43,896 nucleotides of DNA from Candidatus Hadarchaeales archaeon (GTDB lineage Archaea > Hadarchaeota > Hadarchaeia > Hadarchaeales > Hadarchaeaceae): contig JAWCKV010000003.1 in NCBI GenBank assembly GCA_038851565.1, positions 433 to 44,328 of the forward strand, read 5' to 3'. Under the pieces are notes generated by a model, which saw nothing but the letters and a program-made list of their open reading frames with translations, made no database searches and was not told where the DNA came from. A program made the position numbers and the translations under genes. The first letter of the stretch is position 1, and the number at the start of each line of letters is the position of its first letter. Of this stretch, positions 1-8,643 are shown piece by piece.

Positions 1-557
1 CAGTTCAGTACAAGCACCAGATGCCCGCCGCTGAAACCGGTCAGCGATATGACCGGAACCATTGTTGAGATCACGAGCGGAAGCAGGACTCCAACCGCAT
101 AGAGGAGGAGAACTGGATGATGAACTCTGGAGGCGTACTCCCTCGCCCTCTCGAGGGCACCCTGAAGCACCATCGAGAGGGACATGTCCAGGCTCCTCTC
201 CCTGCACTCCTCTGATGCCTCACGCGTGGAGGAGGATATCAGGCTCAGGGACCTGCCAAGCCCGGAACATGAACCTTCCCACTCCCTCGCGAGATCCTGC
301 AGAACTTCCTCACCGCTCCTCCTCCGCCTGACGCCCAGCTCCCACAGCTTCCCTCTCAGATACCTTCCAAGGTAACCGTCCAGCTGGGAGGATGCGAAGA
401 GGAGGGCCCTTTCCAGATTGGGCACCGCCCTGATCGCCATGGCGAGGTAACAAACGAGGGCTGGAACCCCGGGGTCCGGCCTTTTATCCCTGCCCGATCC
501 TCTCCTCCAGCCAGCCCCTCCAGTGGGAAAGAAGCGCCTTATACCTGACCTCCCCAT
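1..557 (-). CDS. Type II secretion/type IV pilus platform (TadB/TadC, T2SS-F-like) membrane protein, partial (runs off window start)
   Basis: Hand translation gives an open minus frame from ATG 557 (alternative ATG 440) to position 1: ...VPALVCYLAMAIRAVPNLERALLFASSQLDGYLG...AREYASRVHHPVLLLYAVGVLLPLVISTMVPVISL. It has a hydrophobic helix and lies directly downstream of a secretion ATPase. Start uncertain. Confidence 0.7.
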   Translation of the reverse strand, partial: MGRSGIRRFFPTGGAGWRRGSGRDKRPDPGVPALVCYLAMAIRAVPNLERALLFASSQLDGYLGRYLRGKLWELGVRRRRSGEEVLQDLAREWEGSCSGLGRSLSLISSSTREASEECRERSLDMSLSMVLQGALERAREYASRVHHPVLLLYAVGVLLPLVISTMVPVISLTGFSGGHLVLVLN

Positions 558-2649
558 CCCTAACCATCTCCTCCATTTTCCTCCTCCAGGCGAGGTTTGA
601 CTCGAGGACGAATTCCGCCTCGAGGAGCTCCGGCCTGCGCAGGGAAGAGGACACCCCGCACAGCTCCTCGACCACAGCGGACCTGAACCTCAGATGCCTG
701 AGAACCTCCCCCGCGGATGTTCCCCACCTGCCCGCTATGGAGGACAGCAGCTCGCACCTTCCGCTCAGCAGGGCCCTCGTGGGCAGTATCCTGTCCAGGG
801 ACGAATCGTATGAGGCCAGCACCTCGAAACCTCCCTCAGAGGCCGGATCCTCCCTCCACTCCTTGCCGACCGAGGTTATCTGAACCATTCTCCTCACCCT
901 CGCCACGCTTCCCCTCCTCCTTATCGGGGCAACCGTGACGATCGAGTCCGTTGCCTTGAAGGAGCCGGGAGCAATCCCGAGGTCGTGGACCACCCTGTCG
1001 AACACGTCCCTGGGAGAGGAGCCGTGTATGGTCCCCATCACCGAATTCCCCGCTGCCCCTATCCTCATGGCCTCGTACAGCACGCGCGCCTCCTCCCCCC
1101 TAACCTCGCCGAGCACGATCACTGAATCGCCCATCCTGAGCGCTGCCCTAAGGGCCTCCGCTGCGCTCATCTCGGACTGGCCGCCGGAAACCACCTGCCT
1201 GACCTGCATGCGCTGGACCTTGTACCCGAGCTCCCTCATCCTCTCGACGGGCAGCTCCATCGTGTCCTCAATCGTGAGTATCCTGTACCTCGGCAGAAGC
1301 TCGAACATCATCGCGCCCAGAAGAGACGTCTTTCCGGCTCCCCTGCTGCCGGTGACCATCACAGTTGTCCCCGCGTCCACCATTAGTCCCACCAGCCCTG
1401 CAGCAAGCGGGGTCATTGACCTTGAGGCCACGAGCTGCGGGAGGGTCCAAGGCGTTGGCTTGTGCCTCCTCAGCGCGAGCGCCATTCCGTGAGGGGAGAG
1501 CGGCGGACATATCGCGGATATCCTCACCTCCCCAATGTTCGTGTCCAGCACTGGATTGGCCTCTGAAAACGGCCTGCCGCTCATGGACCTCAGCTTTGAG
1601 GCGAGGGATTCCATCTCATCCGGAGTGATGTATATGTTGGTCAGGCACTCCTGGTGGTCCCTGTGGTATATGTGAACCGGGGAGCTCCCCGCGGGAGAAT
1701 CAACGTACACGTCCTGAACCTTCGGGTCGCGCAGCATCGTCTCTATTATGCCCAGGCCAGCTGTGAACCTGGACATCGAGGAGGCAAGCCGGGGCACCTC
1801 AGATCTCCCCACGCTGTATTTCCCCGCCACTATGAGCTCGCTGATGATGTCGGCTGCCATCCGTTCCAGTCCTGAGATGCCGGTGCCCCTTCCCATCTGT
1901 GGAGGATTTGACAGGATGCGCTCCCTGCACCTCTGGAGCAGCTCAACCCTGTCTGGAGGCAGGAGGTGCTCCATGGGGATCAGGTGGTACAGGTTCTGGA
2001 GGGAGGGCAGGCGGTAAATCCTAACCTCGTTGCCATCGAAGGTGTAGGAGTCAAGCGGCTCGCAGTTTGCAGGAAGGTCGGGGCATATCCTGGAGGCCAT
2101 GAAGCCAGGCCTAACGAGGGGACTGAGAAGCTCCGGATCACGAAATACCTCATTGGATTCGACCCCGCCCAGAAATGGGAGCAGGCTCTCCTCCAGAAAG
2201 GCGCGGCGGCACGCCCTGCACCTCTCACCCCCTCTCTCCGCCCTCCTTTTGGTCTCCTCCACGATCTGCCTCAACCCGGAAAGGGCTGATGCAGGATCCC
2301 GGTAGAACTCCTCAATTATTTCCCTCAGAATCCCCTTCCTTTCACCCTCGCAGTCGGAACATCCCAGCCTCGAGATGCCCGCAAATGCCCATCTTTCGTT
2401 TTCCCTCAGCGCGAGGGCCAGCGCTACCAGGGACTTCAATGACCTTCCGCTGTACTCCTGCTCGTAGGGGCCAGACAGAAGCAGAACGTCTATCTCCGGC
2501 TCGGACCCGAGGGCCTTCAGGATCATCCCCATGCATGCTCCCGACTTCAACGACGGAGGCCCCTCCATGCACGTTTCGCACCTGAACCTCATCACCCTCC
2601 GGCTCCCTACCTGCTCAACAGACCAGACGCATCCTTCACTCCTCCCCAT
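484..2649 (-). CDS. Type II/IV secretion system ATPase (VirB11/TadA/FlaI family) with Cys-rich N-terminal extension
   Basis: Walker A GSRGAGKT, Asp box TIEDTMEL, Walker B LGEVRGEE, His box GTIHG. Likely start is ATG 2649, overlapping the upstream stop; the ORF track begins at 2721. Confidence 0.9.
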   Translation of the reverse strand: MGRSEGCVWSVEQVGSRRVMRFRCETCMEGPPSLKSGACMGMILKALGSEPEIDVLLLSGPYEQEYSGRSLKSLVALALALRENERWAFAGISRLGCSDCEGERKGILREIIEEFYRDPASALSGLRQIVEETKRRAERGGERCRACRRAFLEESLLPFLGGVESNEVFRDPELLSPLVRPGFMASRICPDLPANCEPLDSYTFDGNEVRIYRLPSLQNLYHLIPMEHLLPPDRVELLQRCRERILSNPPQMGRGTGISGLERMAADIISELIVAGKYSVGRSEVPRLASSMSRFTAGLGIIETMLRDPKVQDVYVDSPAGSSPVHIYHRDHQECLTNIYITPDEMESLASKLRSMSGRPFSEANPVLDTNIGEVRISAICPPLSPHGMALALRRHKPTPWTLPQLVASRSMTPLAAGLVGLMVDAGTTVMVTGSRGAGKTSLLGAMMFELLPRYRILTIEDTMELPVERMRELGYKVQRMQVRQVVSGGQSEMSAAEALRAALRMGDSVIVLGEVRGEEARVLYEAMRIGAAGNSVMGTIHGSSPRDVFDRVVHDLGIAPGSFKATDSIVTVAPIRRRGSVARVRRMVQITSVGKEWREDPASEGGFEVLASYDSSLDRILPTRALLSGRCELLSSIAGRWGTSAGEVLRHLRFRSAVVEELCGVSSSLRRPELLEAEFVLESNLAWRRKMEEMVRDGEVRYKALLSHWRGWLEERIGQG

Positions 2650-2815
2650 GCCGCTCACCGCCGCCCACGATTGACAGGAGAGCAGAGAGGTTATCCTCCA
2701 GAAGCGAAACCCGTCTCTCAACTGCCCTGAGCCTCTGAACCAGCGCTGACACCTCGGCTGCCATCAGCAGAAGGCGCCTTCCCTGCCTGCCAAGGGCCTC
2801 AGCTTTCGTTTCCAT
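2636..2815 (-). CDS. Small coiled-coil hypothetical protein (~59 aa)
   Basis: Overlaps both neighbours in operon fashion; heptad-like LVQRLRAVERRVSLLEDNL. Confidence 0.6.
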   Translation of the reverse strand: METKAEALGRQGRRLLLMAAEVSALVQRLRAVERRVSLLEDNLSALLSIVGGGERHGEE

Positions 2816-3374
2816 CGCCCTCACCGAGCCTCAGTATCTCCAGGAAGATCCCCGCGATCTTCCTCAGCTCCTCAAGCACCTCGGGGGATGGCCTCCAGTC
2901 AGGGCGAGAGAAGGTCTCCCTAACCTGCAGCCAGGTTCGCTCGGTTACGAGCCCGTGTTTCCGCATCTCGCCGAAGAGCCTGTGGACATCCAGTGAGGTG
3001 GACTCCTCAAGCTCCTGTTTCAGGAGCCCGAGCTCTACTATCTCCGAATTTGACTGCAGGACTTCCCTCAAACCAAGCAGCCAGTCCTTCATCTCTGAGG
3101 CATGCTTCTCCGCGAACCTCTCCCAGTCCATCCTGAGGCCATTGCGCGAATCCGCCCTGGACATCATCTCCAGAAGCCTGGCGTGTGACCCGTCCAGCTC
3201 GGTTAGAACCCGCCTCAGTTTCTCCCGGACAGACGGGTGGTCTTTGAGCGCATTCAGGACTCTCTCCACGCTTGGCTCCAGCAATTTCCACCTGCGGCTG
3301 AGTTCCCTGAAATCGCGCGGAGGGATGCTGATAGCCCTCTCAATCGTTTTAATTATTCTGCTCACGCGCTCCAT
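2799..3374 (-). CDS. Hypothetical alpha-helical protein (191 aa)
   Basis: Coding-like composition; abuts the upstream stop at 3375; no recognisable motif. Confidence 0.7.
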   Translation of the reverse strand: MERVSRIIKTIERAISIPPRDFRELSRRWKLLEPSVERVLNALKDHPSVREKLRRVLTELDGSHARLLEMMSRADSRNGLRMDWERFAEKHASEMKDWLLGLREVLQSNSEIVELGLLKQELEESTSLDVHRLFGEMRKHGLVTERTWLQVRETFSRPDWRPSPEVLEELRKIAGIFLEILRLGEGDGNES

Positions 3375-3593
3375 CTACCCACCCGGTGGCCTGAAATGCG
3401 TTTTTGCCTCCAGTTCGGCTCTCTCTGCCCTCCACCTCAGTTCCTCCATGAGCTCGGCCTCCGCGTGACTAAGGACTCTCATGACATCTGCTGATCTCGG
3501 ATGTCCCGCGTGCCTCAGCCTCGTCCAAACCAGCACGTGCCAGCAGGCTGCGACGATGAATACTGCGATGGCCACCTCCACGAAACCCGCCAT
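3375..3593 (-). CDS. Small membrane-anchored hypothetical protein (72 aa)
   Basis: N-terminal hydrophobic helix (FVEVAIAVFIVAACWHVLVW); AT-rich TATA-like element ~20-30 nt upstream. Confidence 0.65.
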   Translation of the reverse strand: MAGFVEVAIAVFIVAACWHVLVWTRLRHAGHPRSADVMRVLSHAEAELMEELRWRAERAELEAKTHFRPPGG

Positions 3594-3631
3594 CCGTTGC
3601 GCGGCGGCTCCTTATTAACAAAAATAGCTAC

Positions 3632-3808
3632 ATGTACGTGGACGCGAGAGGCACGGGGTACCGAGATATCCGTGTGTTCTCCTCATTTGAAATGGTGCCC
3701 CGTGCAGATGATGAGGCAAACCTTTTCTCGCTCAAACAGGTGAACGTGGTCTTCGCCGCCTCGCGACAGGGTACTGTCCACGTGGATGAAATAAGGCTCA
3801 CGAGCTAG
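3632..3808 (+). pseudogene. 58-codon fragment resembling the C-terminal half of a CBM11/CIA30-like carbohydrate-binding domain
   Basis: Hand translation MYVDARGTGYRDIRVFSSFEMVPRADDEANLFSLKQVNVVFAASRQGTVHVDEIRLTS* fits the 'L..L.Q..VVF....G.VY.D.I.F' ending of that fold. Below the ORF-track length cutoff. Confidence 0.45.
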
Positions 3809-4718
3809 ATCTGGTCCAGTAAGGCCTCCTCAGGTCCTCGAAGGCCGAAAGCGCTGCCACCGCGCCCTCGGCGCAGGCCACGACCACCTGCCTTACCCCT
3901 CCGGTCACGTCTCCGGCGGCGTAAAATCCCCCGATGTCGGTGCGCTGAAATCTGTCCGCAACGACGTTTCCCCTCTCATCCACCTTGGCGCCCAGTCTCA
4001 CGGCAAGCTGGCTGTTCGGAACGGTCCCGATTGAAACGAAAACAGCGCTGGCCTCCAAGAGCCCCGTGCTCCCGTCCACCACGTTTCTAATCCTTATTCC
4101 CTCGACGCTTTTTTCTCCCACGATCTCCTCCACAACCGAGTTCAGCACGAGTTTCACGTCCCCCAGTCTCCTCACGAGCGCCTCCTCTGCCCTGAGCCTG
4201 TCCCTTCTGTGAACCAGCGTGACTTCGCATCCCAGCTCCCTCAGGAAAAGAGCGTCGACCACAGCGGTGTTGCCTCCCCCGACCACCACGGCCTTCCTTC
4301 CCCTGAACATGTATCCGTCACAGAGAGGGCAGTACGAAACCCCCCTGCCCAGAAGTTCCGCCTCTCCCCTCACACCCAGCTTTTTTCGTGAGGTGCCTGT
4401 GGTCAGCACGACAGCGGACGCGAGGTGCTCCCTCTCCCGGGTCTTCACCCTGAACACGTCGCCATCCTTAACGATGTCCGTGGCCTCTTCAAACTCTATT
4501 ATCTCGCTGTACCTCCTTGCGTGGTTGACCATCTTTTCTAGGAGCATCTGTCCGCTCACGTTTTCAAACCCGGGATAGTTATCGATCAGGGGCACATCGA
4601 ACAGGGCCCCTCCAGCCTTGTTCCTGTCGAGTATCGCAGTCCTCAGCCCTGACCTTGCCCCATAAATGCCCGCCGCAAGCCCCGCTGGACCCGCCCCTAT
4701 CACCAGCAGTTCGTACAT
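3798..4718 (-). CDS. trxB: Thioredoxin reductase
   Basis: GAGPAG FAD motif, GVSYCPLCDG redox CxxC, GGGNTA, HRRD NADPH motif, AAGD. Confidence 0.93.
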   Translation of the reverse strand: MYELLVIGAGPAGLAAGIYGARSGLRTAILDRNKAGGALFDVPLIDNYPGFENVSGQMLLEKMVNHARRYSEIIEFEEATDIVKDGDVFRVKTREREHLASAVVLTTGTSRKKLGVRGEAELLGRGVSYCPLCDGYMFRGRKAVVVGGGNTAVVDALFLRELGCEVTLVHRRDRLRAEEALVRRLGDVKLVLNSVVEEIVGEKSVEGIRIRNVVDGSTGLLEASAVFVSIGTVPNSQLAVRLGAKVDERGNVVADRFQRTDIGGFYAAGDVTGGVRQVVVACAEGAVAALSAFEDLRRPYWTRSSS

Positions 4719-4754
4719 CCCATCACTCCTTATGCGCTCAGGTAAAAAGCCGCA

Positions 4755-5612
4755 TCACCCCCCGGCTGCCACCAGCACTCCGGCAAAAACTAAAATCATC
4801 CCAATCACTGCCCTAATCGTTGGCCTCTCCCTGACCATAAGCACGCTGAGAATGAAGCCGAAAAGTATGGTTGTCGACATGAGGGGCGTGAGCGCTGCCA
4901 CCCTCTCAAGCTCCATCGCCTTCAGGTAGAGCATCTCACCAGCAGGAAAAGCTAATATTCCGGAAGCCAGCGCAAGCGAAACGCTCCTTCTGTTGATCCT
5001 GCTTCCTCTCGGAGAAACCACGGCGAGGGAGGATGAGAACAGGAAAGTTGCAGCCACCAGCATATAGAGCATCAGATCGGAGGGGCTCATGCCGGCCGCT
5101 ATGGTGAACTTATTGAGCACGGATTTGATGCCCCATATGATTGCAACGAACATCGATATGACGACCCCTTTCCTCCACCCATCTTCTTTTCCATCCGACC
5201 GCAGGAGCAGGACGGACCCCCCCAAGATCATGCATGCGGCAAGAGGAGATGCCCACCCCACGCTCTCTCCCAAGAACGCAGCGGCCATGATGATCGACCA
5301 GAACGGATAGGAGTTTCCGGCCGGGATGACCAGATGGGCTGGGGAGGACCTCATGGCAACAAAGTAAAGCTGTCCCCCGACGTACCAGCCGATCACCGCG
5401 GTCAGGAAGGCCGTGAATAACAGCGGGAGGGCGTAGGCACCTATGCCCACTGTGAAATGCAGGAGCGGGACGGACACGAGAAAAGCGGATGCATACCTTA
5501 TGGTGTTAAATGTGAGGGGCGCGAGGTACTCAATGGCAAGTTTTCCGAAGACCTGCGATGCCGCCCAGAAGAATGCAGCAAGCAGGGCGAAGGAGAAACC
5601 GGTCAGGTCCAT
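4755..5612 (-). CDS. EamA/DMT family transporter
   Basis: About 10 hydrophobic segments in two repeats; N-terminal ALLAAFFWA, repeats ending FLGE and VRE. Confidence 0.85.
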   Translation of the reverse strand: MDLTGFSFALLAAFFWAASQVFGKLAIEYLAPLTFNTIRYASAFLVSVPLLHFTVGIGAYALPLLFTAFLTAVIGWYVGGQLYFVAMRSSPAHLVIPAGNSYPFWSIIMAAAFLGESVGWASPLAACMILGGSVLLLRSDGKEDGWRKGVVISMFVAIIWGIKSVLNKFTIAAGMSPSDLMLYMLVAATFLFSSSLAVVSPRGSRINRRSVSLALASGILAFPAGEMLYLKAMELERVAALTPLMSTTILFGFILSVLMVRERPTIRAVIGMILVFAGVLVAAGG

Positions 5613-5621
5613 GGCGATACC

Positions 5622-6302
5622 TCAAACTTTGCCCGGGCCGCACCCGCCTGAGGAGCCCAGCGACCTCACGGCCCTCTCGAACTCCACGAGATCCCTCACC
5701 ACGTTTTCTCCGGAGCGCGTGTTGTCCCTGTCGAGAAAGTACGCTGTTATGCCGGCCTCCCTCGGTGCCAGGTAGTCGAAAAGCCAGTTGTCACCTATGT
5801 GCACGACCTCCTCGGGCGAGGCATCCATCTCCCTCAGGACCGCCCTGTACACGGATCCGTTCTTCTTCACCTGCCTGAAGTCGGAGGTGACCGAAAAGAG
5901 CCTGTCCACAAGCCTGTCAAGCCCGGAGTGCTCAAGCTCTATCTCCGAGAGCTCCCTTGATCCGTTGGTTACCACGATCATCCGATCGCACGCCCCCCTC
6001 AGCCTGCTCAGCACCTCTTTCACCTCAGGATACGTGCCTATCCGGTGCCTGCATCGCTCCACCAGGTCCATCCAGTGCCCGGGGAGGTCGAATCTACCCC
6101 ACCAGTAATTTATGTCGTACCATTCCAGCCTTTCCATGCCCACCTCGTCGTACATCCTTCTTATCTCCTCCATTGCCTCAGAAACCCCCATGCCCCACCT
6201 GCGGGAGTACATCTCGGCCATGCCCTGAAACCACAGGGCATCAGCGAAGTCCCAGTTTATGAGGGTGCCGTCCAGGTCCAGGGAAATTATCGGTCTGGCC
6301 AT
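5622..6302 (-). CDS. HAD superfamily hydrolase (HAD-IA)
   Basis: DLDGTL motif I, VTNG, HIGDNWLFD motif IV. True start is ATG 6302; the ORF-track extension to 6713 is antisense to the next gene. Confidence 0.9.
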   Translation of the reverse strand: MARPIISLDLDGTLINWDFADALWFQGMAEMYSRRWGMGVSEAMEEIRRMYDEVGMERLEWYDINYWWGRFDLPGHWMDLVERCRHRIGTYPEVKEVLSRLRGACDRMIVVTNGSRELSEIELEHSGLDRLVDRLFSVTSDFRQVKKNGSVYRAVLREMDASPEEVVHIGDNWLFDYLAPREAGITAYFLDRDNTRSGENVVRDLVEFERAVRSLGSSGGCGPGKV

Positions 6303-6368
6303 CACTAAAGATAAATCGAGGTTTCTAAATAGCATGTTGGTGAACCCTTGGAGGAGCGAAGGAGGCTT

Positions 6369-6818
6369 ATGATACTGGGCGAAGGGTACGAGCTCATACA
6401 AAATCGCTGTTTCCTCATAGACCACTCCAGAAAAACCGTGGAGATGGACCCGGGGAACGAGGGACACAGGAGGAGGATCCTGCGGGCGCTCAAATCCCTC
6501 CTGCTTGCCGAGATAACCCCCAAGGTGCGAGAATATGAAAATAAACTCGGTGCGGACGCCAGGAAAATCAGAATAAAGAGGCTGAGGGGGAGATGGGGCT
6601 CCTGCTCCGAAAGCGGGAACCTGAACTTCAACCTGTGGCTGGTATGCCTGCCCAGGGAACTCATCCACTACGTGGTGTTTCACGAGGTTGCACACCTCAG
6701 GGAGATGAATCACGGGAGGAAGTTCAAGAGGATTCTGGAGGGCGAGTTCAGAAACAGGAGGAATTTGGAGAAAAGACTGCGGGAGACCGTGATCGCGCCC
6801 CCGCCCGAACTCATGTGA
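6369..6818 (+). CDS. YgjP/DUF45-like (M48/SprT-like) zinc-dependent hydrolase
   Basis: RWGSCS, YVVFHEVAHL (HExxH), NHGRKF; GGAGG before ATG 6369 (alternative TTG 6348). Confidence 0.85.
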   Translation: MILGEGYELIQNRCFLIDHSRKTVEMDPGNEGHRRRILRALKSLLLAEITPKVREYENKLGADARKIRIKRLRGRWGSCSESGNLNFNLWLVCLPRELIHYVVFHEVAHLREMNHGRKFKRILEGEFRNRRNLEKRLRETVIAPPPELM

Positions 6819-6827
6819 GGGGAAAGG

Positions 6828-7397
6828 GTGGACCCATCAGCGATCCTCATGACTTTTGGCGTCATACTCGTGGCGGAACTTGGCGACAAGACGCAGCTTG
6901 CAACCATCCTTCTCTCCACCAGATATGGCGCCAAGGAAGTTTTTGCTGGCGCGCTAGCCGGCATATCCATTGTGAACGGGCTCAGCATAGCCCTGGGCAC
7001 CGCAATCGGCAGCTTCATCACTGGCCGGGCGATAGCCGCGCTCGGAGCATCGATCTTCATCATCTTCGGGCTGAGAACTCTGCTGCAGGGGAAGGAGGAT
7101 GAGCTGAAATCTTGGCGCGGGGGGAAACCCTTTACAATCTCACTCATGACGATCGCAATGATGGAGCTTGGGGACAAGACGCAATTCTCGATCTTGGCCC
7201 TATCCGCGAGGTTTGGCTCCCCGTTGTTCGTCTTACTTGGGGCCCTCCTGGCGTACATCATCCTGATGGGGCTCGGAGTTATCATCGGAAGCAGGCTGGC
7301 AAGACGACTTCCGCTCAGGTTCATCAGGGTGCTGGCTGGAACGGCCTTCCTCATCCTGGGTGCAGCATTTGCCCTATCAGCGTTGGGCGTCCTCTAA
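6828..7397 (+). CDS. TMEM165/GDT1 (UPF0016) Ca2+/Mn2+ transporter
   Basis: ELGDKTQ motif twice in a ~6-TM protein. Confidence 0.92.
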   Translation: MDPSAILMTFGVILVAELGDKTQLATILLSTRYGAKEVFAGALAGISIVNGLSIALGTAIGSFITGRAIAALGASIFIIFGLRTLLQGKEDELKSWRGGKPFTISLMTIAMMELGDKTQFSILALSARFGSPLFVLLGALLAYIILMGLGVIIGSRLARRLPLRFIRVLAGTAFLILGAAFALSALGVL

Positions 7398-8557
7398 AGC
7401 CCGCCGCCGGCAATTTTTGCAGAAAGCCTCGCAGCCGATGTGCTGGAGGGCATGATCATGACTCCCGCCCCTTCGAGCTTCCTTTTCTGTGACAGCAGGC
7501 CCTGGGGATCCTCTCGGGTTCCGACCACCGAGGCCGCTATGCTCAGATGTCCTCCTGTTTCCTCCATTTTCTCCTTTGCGCCTTCAATGGCCCTCAAAAG
7601 CTCTCCCGCAGGGTCCGGATGAGCGCCGTTTCCGAGGACAACATCGAGGAGGATGACCGCGGTCTCCCAGTCCCTGGCCTCCCTCAATATCCTCCTACCA
7701 ATCGCGGACGGATCAACGGCCGGATGAACTGGTGACAGCTCCGGATCTCCCATGTCGGCACAGGCATGTCCCTTGCTCGAGCGGGGATCAGGAAGCCTCC
7801 TCCTAGGGCTGAGGGGAACATTGGAGTAAACCGCCGCAAAATGTTCGCCGAGTATGGCCTGTGCCTCCAGGCACAGCATGCCCCCGCAGAAAAGTCCCCT
7901 GACGTATTTTTGTCCGCACCCGAATCTGGATCTCTCCTCGCCTGCGGCTTTCACATCCACCTTGGATGGGAAAGGACAATCCAAATTGAGTGCCTCAAAG
8001 ACATCCTCAGCTGCCTCCTCAAACGTTCTAGATGCTCCATGCCCATGAATCTTCTCGCCTATGAAACACAAAACGACCTTTTTCTCGCATTTCATGATCT
8101 CGGCCATAATTCTCTTCGCCACGCTGGCAGGTGGGGTGCGGGCGGAGAGCACTATCACCTCGGTATCCGGATCCATGGATAGATATCTCAGGGACATTAT
8201 CGTCCCAAGGCCCCCCACCTTCTGGGAAAGGTCCCTATGTCCCACACAGAGGGAGGATGAAACTCCGATGCTCTGAAGAAGCGACGTCATCTCCCTTATC
8301 CCGCTTCCGCCGGTGGATATTATCCCCACAGGCCCGGACTTCACCGAGTTCCATATGCCAAACCCAGAACCCTCCAGATGGGAACAGCTGCACCCCGGAC
8401 CGAGCACCAGCCCACCGCGTTCGAACGCCAAACGTTTAAGCCTCACCTCCTCATCCAGCGTCAGGCCACGAGCGGTGACAACCACCGCATTTCCTCCCTC
8501 TATCTCCCTCACGGCCCCTTCGAACGCATCCCTGTCCCTTATCTCCACTGCCTCCAT
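7394..8557 (-). CDS. FdrA-like (succinyl-CoA synthetase alpha-related) protein, N-terminally short
   Basis: GHRDLS..VGG, RGLFCGGMLC, LLDVVLGNGAHPDPAGEL and VVGTREDPQG are FdrA-type motifs. Confidence 0.75.
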   Translation of the reverse strand: MEAVEIRDRDAFEGAVREIEGGNAVVVTARGLTLDEEVRLKRLAFERGGLVLGPGCSCSHLEGSGFGIWNSVKSGPVGIISTGGSGIREMTSLLQSIGVSSSLCVGHRDLSQKVGGLGTIMSLRYLSMDPDTEVIVLSARTPPASVAKRIMAEIMKCEKKVVLCFIGEKIHGHGASRTFEEAAEDVFEALNLDCPFPSKVDVKAAGEERSRFGCGQKYVRGLFCGGMLCLEAQAILGEHFAAVYSNVPLSPRRRLPDPRSSKGHACADMGDPELSPVHPAVDPSAIGRRILREARDWETAVILLDVVLGNGAHPDPAGELLRAIEGAKEKMEETGGHLSIAASVVGTREDPQGLLSQKRKLEGAGVMIMPSSTSAARLSAKIAGGGL

Positions 8558-8643
8558 CCTCTCACGAATACCTCGGCGCCTGTGCTAAAAACCACACCAG
8601 CCCATTATTTACCTTTCAGGGGAGATAACAGTGGGGTGGTGAA

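Noticed and set aside
3560..3593. 72-aa protein as a type IV pilin
   Set aside because: MAG-FVE has no basic residue before the Gly and no typical class III signal spacing.
3651..3705. 12-bp inverted repeat GCACGGGGTACC...GGTGCCCCGTGC followed by ATGATGA (C-box-like)
   Set aside because: No D box (CTGA) follows, there are no tRNA or SECIS features, and it lies inside the CBM-like fragment; probably chance.
6303..6713. N-terminal 137 aa of the 363-aa HAD ORF
   Set aside because: It is antisense to the YgjP-like gene; HAD motif I begins after ATG 6302.
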